A DNA stretch of 64,000 nt from positions 1 to 64,000 of the forward strand of contig JAWOCD010000011.1 in the NCBI GenBank assembly GCA_046483985.1, in the 5' to 3' direction. The translations under genes and the position numbers were made by a program. Source of the DNA: Promethearchaeia archaeon. Lineage in GTDB: Archaea; Asgardarchaeota; Lokiarchaeia; Sigyniarchaeales; SOKP01. The notes beneath the pieces are model-generated. The model saw only the letters and a program-made list of their open reading frames with translations, was not told where the DNA came from and made no database searches. Positions 30,178 to 40,124 of the stretch are shown here, in pieces. Positions within the stretch are counted from its first letter, which is position 1, and every line of letters begins with the position of its first letter.

Positions 30178-31083
30178 TTAGAGCTCAACTTCATCCTTGA
30201 GGCAATTAAAAATTTTAAGGGCCTCCTCACCTTGAGCAATCTCTCTACCAGCATCTTTTGCAACCTTTACTGCCCATTCAACTTGTTCCCAAGAACCTTT
30301 AGCCAAGTCACCTTCGATGTTACGGATATTATCCTCTAATCCAACTCTTATATGCCCACCTAAAGCCGCTGCGCACATTCCCGCTTGAAATTGCTGTTTA
30401 GCCACTCCGCACACACTCCAAGTAGCTTCTGGAGGCTTAAGTTGAAGCAGATGGGCAAGATTTAAAGGAGAAAAAGGAATACCACCAAGCACACCAAATA
30501 CAAATTGAAAATGAAGAGGTTGTTCAAAAAGACCCTCTTGCTTATTTAAAAAGAGCATATTATGTAATCCGCCCATATCATAAATTTCCATTTCTGGCTT
30601 GGTTTTCGCCTTTTTCATCTTTTTCGCGAACTTTTGGATGGTCTTAAACGAGTTTTCGAAAATATTCCCAGCAGCCATAATCACTTCTCCCGTTTTAAAA
30701 TCGCCAATGCTAAAATTCATGGAATTAGTATTTAAAGACGCAATGGGTGGTTTAAAAGTCTTTACCGGTTTTATCCGTTGTCTCTCAGATGCAACTGCAC
30801 TAATAGCAGTGCTTAAATTAATGATCACATCAGGAGCTTTTGATTTTATATTTTCTAAGGCATCTCTGATTAAATCCAAGTCCCATGTTGGAATACCCTT
30901 CTCTGGATCTCGAATGTGAAGGTGTACAATTGCCGCTCCAGCGTCATAGCATTTCTTTGCTGCGTCACCGAATTCCTCTGCTGTATAAGGGACTGCTTCA
31001 TTTTGAGACTTTCGAGTTGCCGCTCCAGTCAAAGCTGCAGTAATTATCAACTTATTATCCGGATTTGATTTTGATGAATACAT
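30178..31083 (-). CDS. Beta-keto acid cleavage enzyme (BKACE/Kce family)
   Basis: LIITAALTGA, AGAAIVHLHIRD, KPEMEIYD, HIRVGLEDN. Confidence 0.92.
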   Translation of the reverse strand: MYSSKSNPDNKLIITAALTGAATRKSQNEAVPYTAEEFGDAAKKCYDAGAAIVHLHIRDPEKGIPTWDLDLIRDALENIKSKAPDVIINLSTAISAVASERQRIKPVKTFKPPIASLNTNSMNFSIGDFKTGEVIMAAGNIFENSFKTIQKFAKKMKKAKTKPEMEIYDMGGLHNMLFLNKQEGLFEQPLHFQFVFGVLGGIPFSPLNLAHLLQLKPPEATWSVCGVAKQQFQAGMCAAALGGHIRVGLEDNIRNIEGDLAKGSWEQVEWAVKVAKDAGREIAQGEEALKIFNCLKDEVEL

Positions 31084-31112
31084 TTTTTAATTAAACTTTT
31101 GTTTTTAATTGG

Positions 31113-31132
31113 AAATTCTATATATAGAATTT
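31113..31132. promoter_or_regulatory. Perfect 20-bp palindrome around a TATA-like core upstream of the BKACE gene
   Basis: aaattctatatatagaattt is self-complementary and lies 30-49 bp upstream of the start codon. Confidence 0.5.
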
Positions 31133-31397
31133 TTTTTAGAAAAGATATATTGAATAATAACTTATATCTCTTTCTTTATAAATCTTAAAAAATCATAAAA
31201 ATTAAATTAAAAATTACCGATTTTCGTATTTCTTAAGGAATTTAGTCATTATAAAGTATAAAAATGCAGAAATTAGTTTGCTTTCTATTATCATCTTTTG
31301 GATTCTGAAAATATGAAAAAATAATGATGTCTCACAATTCCTTTAAGAAATTGCTTTAAAAATGGAAATTAAAAAAAAAGTTTAAAAAATGATGGTT

Positions 31398-31919
31398 TTA
31401 TTCCTCGTTATCCTCCTCTTCGTTAATTTCCTTTGCTGGGTCGGGTATTACATCATAATGATCAATATCCATCCATTGTCCCTTTCTTTCATCCGCCCAT
31501 GCTACTTTTAATGGCATCCCCACATACACATCATGAAAATCCACTTGCTCTTCATTTAAGTTTTGAATAAATACTGTATCTGCTCCATCTTGTTGCACAG
31601 CAACAACAGGAAAAGGTACTTTTTCTCCCTCCTCATTTTCTTCGTAAGTTGCTGAAAACGTTGAGACTTTTGCCGTCTTTGGGAGTGTTACCCATTGATC
31701 GGGCTTTTTAAGGCATCTTCCACAGATCAAACGAGGTGGAAACGAAACTGTATTACAGGATCTACATTTTAATCCGAGTAAATTGCCTTCTTTTAATCCT
31801 TGCAAGAAAACTTTAATTCGGGAGAGGTTAAATTTATAATTATAACTGCTTAAATACCAATGTCCCTTTGTGGTTTTTGTCTTCTTATATTCCTTTTTCT
31901 CATAATCTGGTAAAGGCAT
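31398..31919 (-). CDS. DUF35 (zinc-ribbon/OB-fold) acyl-CoA-binding protein
   Basis: CRSC...FPPR..CGRC followed by OB fold ending VGMPLKV. Confidence 0.9.
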   Translation of the reverse strand: MPLPDYEKKEYKKTKTTKGHWYLSSYNYKFNLSRIKVFLQGLKEGNLLGLKCRSCNTVSFPPRLICGRCLKKPDQWVTLPKTAKVSTFSATYEENEEGEKVPFPVVAVQQDGADTVFIQNLNEEQVDFHDVYVGMPLKVAWADERKGQWMDIDHYDVIPDPAKEINEEEDNEE

Positions 31920-31937
31920 TAGTCAACATTTCACCTC

Positions 31938-33182
31938 CTATGTAAATTTTCTCCTTGGCTTATCGGCCAATACAATATGTGTAATAAAATTTATCGCGCC
32001 ACCCCAACCATGCCCTAAAGCGGTATGTACTGTTTTAGGAACCCGGTTTCCAGCTTTGCCCATAATTTGTAGCGCCGCTTCAGCTGGTCGTTCCATCGCA
32101 GATGCACCAATAGCATTAGTTGAATTTACTCCACCCGAACAATTCACGGGTAACTCCCCATCACGAGCAGTGACTCCATTTTTATAGGCTTCGGGTGCAG
32201 AATTAGGCTCAAATAAACCCGTTCTTTCTACCCACATTAATTCTTGATTTGGAAAGGGAGAATACACTTCAGCATAATCAATTTCTTTTTGTGGAAAAGC
32301 AATTCCTGCTTGACCGTAAGCAATTTCTGCGGATTTAACAGCGCCTAACTGTTCTGTGGGGTCTACTTGACCAGCACCAGAAACATCAACCCCTATAATC
32401 GCGGGCTCATTAGCTATACTGGCTACCCCATTAACGTAGACTGGAATATCTGCAATTTCTTTTGCTTTCTCTTCTGTGGTGAATAGAACCGCGCAAGCTC
32501 CATCCGATGCCGGACACACCATCCCAAACCTTAGGGGATAGGAAATATAAGGGGTATCGAGCACATCATCAATGGTTAAATTGGGCATTTTTAAATGGGT
32601 CCACCAATTTTTAGCAGCGTTTCTGCGATTTTGAACAACAACACGGGCTAAATCTTCTTCGGTTGCTTTAGTCCGTTTCATATAATTCATAGCTTGATAT
32701 GACGCAACTCCTATAGCTGCTCCCGCCCCCATATTTCTCCTCAATCTATCAATATCATAGCCAAGTTGGGGAAAGATTGATACCTCCCCTAAAGCTACAG
32801 AAGATAATCCCACAGTAGTATCACCACATGATTGCTGTTCAAACGCAATAGCCAAAACCGTATCATATAGTCCCGATGCAACTGCATAATACCCAGAAAT
32901 AAAAACTGATCCTCCAGTTGTTCCGCCAGTAGTTACCCTTAAAAGAGGTTTATCTTTTGCGGCAATATGATCGGTCATCCATAATTCGGGCATATTAGCT
33001 CCCTCAAATGCGGGCATATTTCCATTAATAACACAATCGATATCTTTCCACTCCACAGAATCGGCTTTCTCTAAACAATCTTCGACTGCTTCGTTTACCA
33101 TCTCGGCCATATTCACATCAGAGCGTTTCGATGCATGCTCACAAAACCCACAGCTAATTACAGCAGGTTGAATTTTTTCCAT
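31938..33182 (-). CDS. Ltp3-like Cys-less thiolase-fold protein
   Basis: RVTTGGTTGGS in place of the Cys loop; CPASDGACA, AEVYSPF, SGGVNSTNAIGASAM..AEAALQIMGKAG. Confidence 0.8.
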   Translation of the reverse strand: MEKIQPAVISCGFCEHASKRSDVNMAEMVNEAVEDCLEKADSVEWKDIDCVINGNMPAFEGANMPELWMTDHIAAKDKPLLRVTTGGTTGGSVFISGYYAVASGLYDTVLAIAFEQQSCGDTTVGLSSVALGEVSIFPQLGYDIDRLRRNMGAGAAIGVASYQAMNYMKRTKATEEDLARVVVQNRRNAAKNWWTHLKMPNLTIDDVLDTPYISYPLRFGMVCPASDGACAVLFTTEEKAKEIADIPVYVNGVASIANEPAIIGVDVSGAGQVDPTEQLGAVKSAEIAYGQAGIAFPQKEIDYAEVYSPFPNQELMWVERTGLFEPNSAPEAYKNGVTARDGELPVNCSGGVNSTNAIGASAMERPAEAALQIMGKAGNRVPKTVHTALGHGWGGAINFITHIVLADKPRRKFT

Positions 33183-33184
33183 TT

Positions 33185-34318
33185 TTAGGCAGCACCTCCT
33201 TCTAATACAAATATTATATTATTCTGCGCACAGAATCCAACTTGCCCAGACGCGATTGCTCTTTTTGCCCCCGAAACTTGATGGCCTTCCGCTTCCCCAC
33301 GAATTTGTTTCGCTGCCTCAATAATTCTCGTTAGCCCGTTTGCACATGGAGTATATCCCGCCATTGTTCCGCCGGAAGGATTCAAAATCTCCTTATCCAC
33401 CAATTCGACACCTTTTCCTTTTTCAGCTAATTTTGCGGCTTCTGATAAAATTAAATCCTCACATGCCGTATGTCCGAATATCTCGGCAACATCGATTTCC
33501 TTTTTTGGATCCCGAATATTAGCCATTTCATACGCTTTCTTAGAAGCTCGTTCCATTGATTTGCTTGTACTAAGGTCCCGATCTCCTATATAATAGGTAT
33601 CATTATTATGCCCTACACCTGTAATCCATACGGGGTTGTCAGTGATTTTTAACGCTAATCTTTCTGGGGCGATAATCACTACTGAGCAAGAATCACATAG
33701 TATAGGATACATCAACTCTCTTAAAGGAGAACTTAAATAGTCAGATTCAAGCACATCTTCAACTGTGATACCCGATTTCTGAGCTTCGGAAAGCGCTAAG
33801 GGATTTTTAGCCGCATTTTTATAATTGGATACCGCCATTTTCGCTATAACTTCCTTAGATACCCCAAAATTATGCATATATGCCCTCATTTGCATTGCAC
33901 CTGTCGTATAACTGTTGAGTAAATTAATCTGTCTATCAAAAGTGGGATCATTCTCTAAAACTCGGGTAGATTCATATGGGAAACATGAAGGCATGCTCGT
34001 TCCGTATATTACTGCAAGATTGTGATTGCCTGATAATATTCTCCATAGACCGTACATCAACCCATGTGCACCATCCATTTCTACCTTAGTTTCATCCTTC
34101 ATATAGGCTCCCCCAGACTCAACCTTAAAACAGTTTGATATCGTCTTTCCATCATAATAATCATTATTGACACCCACTACAGTTGTGATATCATCTCGTT
34201 TTAAATTTGCATAGTCCAAAGCCCCTCTGACTGCCGTGAAGTCCATTTCATATTGGCTCATTTTCATATCTAAATCGGGTTTCACTTGGTAATATCCTAC
34301 TATTCCAACTTTATGCAC
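33185..34318 (-). CDS. Ltp4-like Cys-less thiolase-fold protein
   Basis: DYYDG...KVEMDGA signature, NPSGG. Likely GTG start at 34318, downstream of GGAGGTGA. Confidence 0.8.
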   Translation of the reverse strand: MHKVGIVGYYQVKPDLDMKMSQYEMDFTAVRGALDYANLKRDDITTVVGVNNDYYDGKTISNCFKVESGGAYMKDETKVEMDGAHGLMYGLWRILSGNHNLAVIYGTSMPSCFPYESTRVLENDPTFDRQINLLNSYTTGAMQMRAYMHNFGVSKEVIAKMAVSNYKNAAKNPLALSEAQKSGITVEDVLESDYLSSPLRELMYPILCDSCSVVIIAPERLALKITDNPVWITGVGHNNDTYYIGDRDLSTSKSMERASKKAYEMANIRDPKKEIDVAEIFGHTACEDLILSEAAKLAEKGKGVELVDKEILNPSGGTMAGYTPCANGLTRIIEAAKQIRGEAEGHQVSGAKRAIASGQVGFCAQNNIIFVLEGGAA

Positions 34319-34319
34319 C

Positions 34320-34805
34320 TCATTCACCTCCCAAGGGTTCAAACCCTTCTATATCTGATGGATCTCCTTCACGCTTTTCACTCCAGACAATTTGCATTTT
34401 CATATTCATTTTTAAATCTCCCAGTTCGGTATTAATAATTGGGAGAACCATGGCTGTATCAGCTCCATCTATTTTTATTAACCCAACCGTATTTTCTGAA
34501 CGACTCTTTCTTTTTCTTCGTTCTGAAATTTTATAGGGTGTCACAGTAAAATTCTTCAATGTTCCCGTATCGGGCAATACGATATATTCTTCTGCTTTGG
34601 TGAAACAATCTCCGCATCTCTTTCTTGGGGGGATAAATATTTTACCACATTTATTGCATTTGTTACCGATTAATTGCTGATTCTCTAATCCCTCGAAAAA
34701 TTTATCCATAGGTTCGCCAACCCAAAAATCAAATTCTGCACGTACCATTCCACGAGTTACGTAAATGTCTTGGTCTTCTTCTAAATCAATAGGCATTTCA
34801 TTCAC
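34320..34805 (-). CDS. DUF35 zinc-ribbon/OB-fold protein
   Basis: CNKC..IPPR..CGDC, GTL, GLIKIDGAD. Confidence 0.9.
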   Translation of the reverse strand: MNEMPIDLEEDQDIYVTRGMVRAEFDFWVGEPMDKFFEGLENQQLIGNKCNKCGKIFIPPRKRCGDCFTKAEEYIVLPDTGTLKNFTVTPYKISERRKRKSRSENTVGLIKIDGADTAMVLPIINTELGDLKMNMKMQIVWSEKREGDPSDIEGFEPLGGE

Positions 34806-35104
34806 TTATCTTTTTTGAATTTTTTATTTAATTACGTTTTATTTTTTAAAAATTGGATATAAATATTTTTCTTTTCCCTAAATATATATTTTTAATTTTT
34901 CTGTTTTGATAATTTGTTTTTATATTATTTTCATAGATTCCACATTTTATGAATTTTTAATCATTGAACCTCTCTTTTTCTATTAAAATTATAATTATGG
35001 AGGAATTACTACCTCTTATGGAGAATTTCTGTTAAATTTCATAAAAGTTTTAACTTTTTATAAATGAAAAGTATTAAATTATAAAAAAACCCATAAATAT
35101 TAAT

Positions 35105-36841
35105 ATGGAATTTAATAATGAGATCAAAAGATCGGACTACAAATCACGTTTTTGGAAAAACAACTGGGATGAAGGATTAGAAGACCTAGATCCCAATAAA
35201 TGGAAAAAATTGGGATCTTTTGATAATGCCTTACGGCACGCATTTGAAACATATCCAAATAGAAATGCTTTATCATTTTTGGGTGTTGAAATCACCTTTC
35301 GAGAGCTTGATAAATATTCCAATCAATTCGCAAATATGCTCCTCGACAAAGGGTTTCAAAAGGGAGATATTGTTGCTATAGCTATGCCTAACATTCCTGA
35401 ATATATCATTGCAATAGTAGGGGGCTTAAAAGCAGGTTGTACGGTCTCAGGTGTGAGTCCCTTGTTTTCAGATGTTCAAATGGAATATCAATTAAATGAT
35501 TTAGGAAGCTCTGGTAGGAAGATATGTTTAGTAACCTTAGATGCAATATTTGAAGAGCGAGTAACTAAAATCCATCATTTGATAAAACAGATCAAATTGG
35601 TGGTGGCAGGAAACCTAGGAGATTTTTTACCAGCTTACAAACGCTTTTTGGGAAAATTATTGAACAAAATTCCCAAAGGGAAGGTAACTCCTTTACCAGA
35701 GAAGGAAGTTTTGGACTTTCATAATGATATATTGAACACTTATCCCCATACTGCAGTGAACGTAGAAGTAGATAATGAAGATATAGCCTTTATTCAATAT
35801 ACTGGAGGAACCACTGGAACGCCGAAAGGCGCGAAGTTAACACATAAGAATATTCTTTCCGATTTACTTATTGTGCAAGAGTGGTTGGGGTGGGAAGAAG
35901 GAAAAGGAACTGCTCTATCGGGGTTCCCATTTTTTCACATTGCCGGTTTGTTCTTCTGTGAAAATTGTCTATATCTTGGCTGGCAACAATGCTTAATTCC
36001 AGATCCCCGGGATGCTTCCCATATTTGCGATGAAATAGAAAAATATAAGCCAACGGCCTTAGTCAATGTCCCCTCCTTATTTCAGATTCTATTAAAAGAA
36101 CCAGAATTTAAAGAACTTGATCATTCTAATTTAGAGTTTTGTATATCCGCAGCCTCCCCGTTTCCTGTAGAATCGCAAGAGAAATTAGAAGCAATTATAG
36201 GAGAAGGAAAATTATTGGAGGTTTATGGGATGACTGAAACTTCTCCGCTCACTACTATGAATCCTGCCCACGGTGAAAAAAAACTCGGGTCTATCGGATT
36301 GCCTTTACTAAATACTGAATTAAAATTGGTTGCACCCGATACCGGTGAAGAAGTCCCAATCGGAGAGCCAGGCGAAATATGCGTCAAGGGACCTCAAGTA
36401 ATGAAAGGGTATTTAAATAAGCCAGAAGAAACTGAAAAAGCAATTGACTCAGAGGGTTATATGCATACTGGCGATGTCGCCATAATGGATGAGGAAGGAT
36501 ATTTAAGAATTGTAGATCGCACGAAAGATATGATAAATGTCTCGGGTTATAAGGTATTTTCTACCAAAGTTGAAGACACTTTATCAAAACACCCGGCAAT
36601 AGACATGATTGCGTTGGTAGGAGTTGATAACCCCGAAAGACCCGGTTCTGAAATAGTAAAAGCATATATTAAATTAACTGCTGAGTATGAAGAGACCCCC
36701 GCCGAAGAAGTTAAAGCAGATATCATTGAGTATGCGAAGGAACACTGCGCGCCCTATGAAGTCCCAAAAATCATTGATATTTCAAAGGAAATGCCTATGA
36801 CAGGAGTGGGTAAGATAGATAAGAAAATCCTAAGAGATTGA
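35105..36841 (+). CDS. Long-chain acyl-CoA ligase (AMP-binding)
   Basis: YTGGTTGTPKG, YGMTETSP, GEICVKGPQVMKGY, HTGD, VGKIDK. Confidence 0.93.
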   Translation: MEFNNEIKRSDYKSRFWKNNWDEGLEDLDPNKWKKLGSFDNALRHAFETYPNRNALSFLGVEITFRELDKYSNQFANMLLDKGFQKGDIVAIAMPNIPEYIIAIVGGLKAGCTVSGVSPLFSDVQMEYQLNDLGSSGRKICLVTLDAIFEERVTKIHHLIKQIKLVVAGNLGDFLPAYKRFLGKLLNKIPKGKVTPLPEKEVLDFHNDILNTYPHTAVNVEVDNEDIAFIQYTGGTTGTPKGAKLTHKNILSDLLIVQEWLGWEEGKGTALSGFPFFHIAGLFFCENCLYLGWQQCLIPDPRDASHICDEIEKYKPTALVNVPSLFQILLKEPEFKELDHSNLEFCISAASPFPVESQEKLEAIIGEGKLLEVYGMTETSPLTTMNPAHGEKKLGSIGLPLLNTELKLVAPDTGEEVPIGEPGEICVKGPQVMKGYLNKPEETEKAIDSEGYMHTGDVAIMDEEGYLRIVDRTKDMINVSGYKVFSTKVEDTLSKHPAIDMIALVGVDNPERPGSEIVKAYIKLTAEYEETPAEEVKADIIEYAKEHCAPYEVPKIIDISKEMPMTGVGKIDKKILRD

Positions 36842-37046
36842 ACTACCACGCCATAAATGTCGGTGGATTCGTGCTCTCCGCTACGGCGGATAACACTTGC
36901 TGGTTCTCCAGCGGCTCTCGCATGGTTTCTATTCATTGCGAACTGTTTTCTCGGAATTCTTATATATATCCTTTCCGTTATTTAAATGGTTGGATTGGTG
37001 CGATTCATCGCACACCTAAAGGAGTATGTTTTCTCGCACATTTTGG
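36838..37046 (-). mobile_element. Non-autonomous IS200/IS605-family element (PATE-like, tnpB-derived ends), 209 bp
   Basis: The minus strand reads TTTAT | ccaaaatgtgcgagaaaacatactcctttaggtgtgcgatgaatcgcac (left-end hairpin) ... gaatccaccgacatttatggcgtggtagTTCAA (right-end hairpin and terminus). There are no terminal inverted repeats and no target duplication. Excision restores ...CTA AGA GAA TAA. Confidence 0.8.
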
Positions 37047-37220
37047 ATAAAAATAAAAATTGGGATCAGTAAAAAACAGTCACAAAATCAGTAATAATTC
37101 TGACAAATTATTATTACTACTCGTATAATCAGTAATTAAAAATAGCACGAAATTTTCTAAATGTGAAAAAAACATGAATTTTAAAAAAAAAAAAATAGCA
37201 AAAAAAAATAAAGAAAATTA

Positions 37221-37721
37221 TTATAAATCCTTTGAATCGTCTTCTATAGGCTCGTAATGATCAATCGCGGAAATATTAGCTACTGGCTCTTCAGACCATA
37301 CCACTTTAACTGGCATTCCGACATACACATCTTCAAAATCTATATCCTTTCTCAATGATGCTAACATTGTCGTATCACAGCCATCATGACGGACTGCAAC
37401 AACCGGTTTTTCAGCAACTTCTCCAGTTTCGGGATCTTTTTCATAGGTTATACTATATGTGGCAATTTGAGCCGTTTCACGAATATCTACCCATCTGTCG
37501 GGTTTAATAAAGCACTTTCCACAGACCAGTTTTGGAGGAAAAAACACCGCATTACAACTCCGACATTGATTTCCAACTAACTTTCTCTCCTTTAATTTCT
37601 CAAAGAATGGTTGAAAATGAGTGAAGTCAAATCGGAATTTATACTTGGATAAATACCAATTAGCGCCAATTGTTCTTGTCTCTTCATATTCTTTTCTTTC
37701 ATACTCCAATTTTTTTGACAT
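37221..37721 (-). CDS. DUF35 zinc-ribbon/OB-fold protein (paralog of 31398-31919)
   Basis: CRSC..FPPK..CGKC; shares YE.KEY..T, WYLS and DF.DVYVGMP with the paralog. Confidence 0.9.
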   Translation of the reverse strand: MSKKLEYERKEYEETRTIGANWYLSKYKFRFDFTHFQPFFEKLKERKLVGNQCRSCNAVFFPPKLVCGKCFIKPDRWVDIRETAQIATYSITYEKDPETGEVAEKPVVAVRHDGCDTTMLASLRKDIDFEDVYVGMPVKVVWSEEPVANISAIDHYEPIEDDSKDL

Positions 37722-37733
37722 TTTATTAACCTC

Positions 37734-38981
37734 CTATTTCGTTTTTCTTTTTGGCTCATCTGACATGACCATCATCGTGATAAGATTGATAATACCGCCC
37801 CATCCATGCCCTAATGCCGTGTGCACCGTCTTATCAACTTGATTCCCTGCTTTTCCCATGATTTGTAATGCCGCTTCCGCGGGACGTTCCATCGCTGATG
37901 CTCCAATTGCATTGGTTGAATTTACACCTCCAGAAGCACATACAGGGAGTTCCCCATCGGGAGCTGTGACTCCAGTCTCATACATTTCCGGTGCCGTATT
38001 AGTCTCAAATAATCCCAGTTTTTCAACCCACATAAGTTCTTGATTAGGAAATGGTGCATAGACTTCTGCGTAATCAATTTCTTTATTGGGGAAAGAAATC
38101 CCAGCTTGACTATAAGCTAATTCGGCACTTTTTTGAGCGCCCAATTGCTCCGACGGATCCAACTGACCTGAACCCGAGGCAGCATATCCCATAATTCCCG
38201 TCTCATTGGCAACACTAGCTACTCCATTCACATACACAGGCACATCTACCAATTCTTTAGCCTTTTCTTCGGTTGTAAAAATCATAGCACAGCACCCATC
38301 AGATGCCGGACACACCATCCCAAATCTTAATGGATATGAGATATAGGGAGTATCTAACACTTTATCAATAGTAAGATCAGGCATCTTAAGATGCGTATAC
38401 CAATTTTTGGCAGCATTCCTTCGATTTTGGACCACCACACGGGCTAAATCTTCTTCGGTTATCTTCGATTTTCTCATATAATTGGTCGCTTGATAGGACG
38501 CAATCCCGATTGCAGCCCCGGCAGATACCAATCTCTTCAACTTTTGTAAAGGAATCCCTAAGGATTGAGTTGCAGTTAGTTCGCCCAATGCAACACTCGA
38601 CAATCCCACGGTTGTATCCCCAATTGATTGATGTTCAAATGCAATAGCCATCACCGTATCGACACCAGGGATTTCCGCAGCCACGGAATAATATCCTGAG
38701 ATAGCCACAGACCCTCCTGTTGTACCTCCGGTGGTAACACGCATTAAGGGTTTATTTCTCGCTCCCATCCAATCAGTCATCCATAATTCTGGGATACTGG
38801 CCCCCTCGAACGCGGGCATATTTCCATTTACAAACATATCAATATCTTCAATTCCCATTCCTGGTACATTTTCTAAGCAGTTTTCCACAGCTTCACTCAC
38901 CATTTCAGGCATACTCACATCAGAACGACTCTTAGCATGTTCACAAAATCCTGCTGAAGCTATAGCAACTTGTCTACCCAT
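37734..38981 (-). CDS. Ltp3-like Cys-less thiolase-fold protein (paralog of 31938-33182)
   Basis: RVTTGGTTGGS and SGGVNSTNAIGASAMERPAEAALQIMGKAG are identical to the paralog; likely start ATG 38981. Confidence 0.8.
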   Translation of the reverse strand: MGRQVAIASAGFCEHAKSRSDVSMPEMVSEAVENCLENVPGMGIEDIDMFVNGNMPAFEGASIPELWMTDWMGARNKPLMRVTTGGTTGGSVAISGYYSVAAEIPGVDTVMAIAFEHQSIGDTTVGLSSVALGELTATQSLGIPLQKLKRLVSAGAAIGIASYQATNYMRKSKITEEDLARVVVQNRRNAAKNWYTHLKMPDLTIDKVLDTPYISYPLRFGMVCPASDGCCAMIFTTEEKAKELVDVPVYVNGVASVANETGIMGYAASGSGQLDPSEQLGAQKSAELAYSQAGISFPNKEIDYAEVYAPFPNQELMWVEKLGLFETNTAPEMYETGVTAPDGELPVCASGGVNSTNAIGASAMERPAEAALQIMGKAGNQVDKTVHTALGHGWGGIINLITMMVMSDEPKRKTK

Positions 38982-38982
38982 T

Positions 38983-40122
38983 TTAATTTGCACCTCCTTC
39001 TAAAATAAAAGCAATATTGTTTTGTGCACAGAAACCTATTTGACCCGTTGCGATTGCCCGTTGTGGGTCTTCCACTTGGTGATTACCAGCCTTTCCTTGA
39101 AGCTGTTTAACGGCTTCAATAATTCTTATTATACCCGTTGCAAACGGGGCATTTCCCGCAATCCCTCCACCCGACGGATTAATTGGTAAGTCCCCGTCTA
39201 TCTCAGAATTGATCTCGGGGGCTTTTCCTTTTTCAGCTAAACCGATTGCTTCAGCCAGAATTAATTCTTCGTGGGCAGAATGTTCAAATATTTCAGCAAC
39301 ATCAATATCCTCCGCTGAGAGATCAGCAGATTTCAAAGCCAATCTTGCTGCTTTTTCCATTGCTTTATTTTCATATAAGTTTCTATCTCCCAAATAATAG
39401 GTATCTTGGTTATATCCCACTCCAGTAATCCAAATGGGGTTATCAGTTATTTTAAGAGCTTGTTTTTCTGGTGCTAGTAATAAAGCTGCCATCCCGTCAC
39501 ACGGATGTGCATACATTGATTCCGTTACTGGAGAACTCATGATTTCGGATTCCATTACATCATCCACCGTAATCTCTGCGTCTTGAGCATCGGGACAAGC
39601 CTTTTCATTCTTGGCAGCATTCTTTCGATTTTTCACTGCAACTTCAGCGATTTCCTCAGCACTTACACCGAACTTCTCCATGTAGGCTCTCATCTGGAAA
39701 CCACCGGCTGTGATATCATTTACCAGCATAGTAGGGCGTTCCCAAGTAGGATCAGATGTATACAAGCGTGCAGCATGATACGGATATGTACTGGGAGTTG
39801 AGCCGCCGTAAACCACTGCCAATTTATGATTTCCGGATAGAATGCGCATCAAGCCATAAAGAACCGCAAACGCGCCGTCCATCTCAACCTTACTTTCGTC
39901 TTCCAAATACGCACCAGCAGGCTCCACGACATATGCATTTGAGATGGTTCTTCCGTCATAATAGTCATTCGTAGCGGAGATCACCGTAGTAATATCCTTT
40001 TTCTTGAGATCGGCATTATCTAATGCGCCCCGGACAGTTTCAAAAATGAGATCATAACGTCCATATTTTAATTTACTCGCTAAAGGACTCTGTTTATATC
40101 CGACTATGCCAACTTTTTGCAT
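38983..40122 (-). CDS. Ltp4-like Cys-less thiolase-fold protein (paralog of 33185-34318)
   Basis: NDYYDGRTISN, ESKVEMDGA, INPSGG, GFCAQNN. Confidence 0.8.
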   Translation of the reverse strand: MQKVGIVGYKQSPLASKLKYGRYDLIFETVRGALDNADLKKKDITTVISATNDYYDGRTISNAYVVEPAGAYLEDESKVEMDGAFAVLYGLMRILSGNHKLAVVYGGSTPSTYPYHAARLYTSDPTWERPTMLVNDITAGGFQMRAYMEKFGVSAEEIAEVAVKNRKNAAKNEKACPDAQDAEITVDDVMESEIMSSPVTESMYAHPCDGMAALLLAPEKQALKITDNPIWITGVGYNQDTYYLGDRNLYENKAMEKAARLALKSADLSAEDIDVAEIFEHSAHEELILAEAIGLAEKGKAPEINSEIDGDLPINPSGGGIAGNAPFATGIIRIIEAVKQLQGKAGNHQVEDPQRAIATGQIGFCAQNNIAFILEGGAN

Positions 40123-40124
40123 CT

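Noticed and set aside
36754-37050. Short ORFs 36838-37050 (+) and 36754-36936 (-)
   Set aside because: They lie within or overlap the non-autonomous IS element and show no protein motifs.
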